This document shows positions 50,359-51,144 of a DNA stretch of 51,144 nucleotides, in pieces. Origin of the DNA: Octopus bimaculoides (lineage: Eukaryota); the NCBI RefSeq assembly GCF_001194135.2, contig NC_068981.1, forward strand, positions 17,032,191 through 17,083,334, read 5' to 3'. The translations under genes and the position numbers were made by a program. The stretch's first letter is position 1, and the number at the start of each line of letters is the position of its first letter. The notes beneath the pieces were generated by a model that saw only the letters and a list, made by a program, of their open reading frames with translations, did no database searches and was not told the origin of the DNA.

Positions 50359-50952
50359 CTCTAATCCAGCAACCTTTCTTTTTTGGGCACAGATATATAC
50401 TCGCTCCTATCCTCCGAAGACTTATTTACGAACAAGCAAAATATAAACAAGTACTCTCTCATTTATTTCTTCAAGAATACACAAGCAGCATACATAAAGC
50501 TTCGTATCATGCAACTGAGACAAAAACTGAGGACACAATCACATCCATTTACTCAGAGTTCCGTAAATACATCAGGAAATAACATGTGCAAATTTGTCCC
50601 ATTTTTAAGCACAAAAAATTATAAGCCCGTTAAAAATAATTAAAATCCTAAAAAAGTTTTAATGCTATTTCATCAGTTTTGTTATACTGAACGTAAATTT
50701 CCAACATTAACAGTTTAACAGCATCATTTTTGAATCTTTCACCCGCACACACAATGTACACATGCTTCAAAATAAAACAAATATATTTTTTTTTCAACTA
50801 AAGACCGCTACAAGCACAATTTACATATTCTTGGTCCTCGGTAAAGGTTTCGAAGTGTAGTTTGAAATCATATGAACACTACAAAGTGTTTTGTATATTG
50901 AGAAGAATCTTTGGATGTCATCTGTTGAATATATACATGTACATATATGGAC

Positions 50953-50985
<33 letters not shown>

Positions 50986-51144
50986 CGTGTGTGTGTGCAT
51001 ACACATGCATACATACATACAAACTCACATGCACACATGCGTGCATATATATGTGTGTGTGTGCGCGCGTTTGGGGTGGTGTGTGTGAGTGTGTGTATGT
51101 CCGTAAGTATAAATGTGTATATGTATATATATATATATATATAT

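Overview
This is AT-rich eukaryotic (animal) genomic DNA, dense in microsatellites, with 15 N-gaps that mostly sit inside simple repeats. The SINE and mariner repertoire looks like an octopus (coleoid cephalopod) draft assembly; this is inferred from sequence style and repeat families, not from a database search. I can support no intact protein-coding gene, and nearly all of the supplied long ORFs are microsatellite or N-gap artefacts. The window is a transposable-element graveyard, either intronic or intergenic. It holds at least five tRNA-derived or tailed SINE-like families (labelled A-E here) and a short tandem-prone repeat (F). It also holds three distinct decayed mariner transposases plus a mariner MITE, a hAT-Charlie MITE with a nested SINE, and relics of Penelope-like, RTE-like, CR1-like and possibly Academ-like elements. 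The most notable observations are: (1) a near-intact minimal type I hammerhead ribozyme on the minus strand at 30714-30762; (2) a 19-bp minisatellite amplified directly from the catalytic HQDNA motif of a mariner transposase at 49820-50152; (3) a SINE-into-SINE head-to-tail dimer inside one target-site duplication; (4) tail-swapping among SINE families; (5) a tRNA-like cloverleaf inside a ~310-bp tandem unit; and (6) a 10-bp-phased cluster of bZIP-type motifs. A few short plus-strand segments have good splice signals and may be exons of an unidentified host gene (low confidence).
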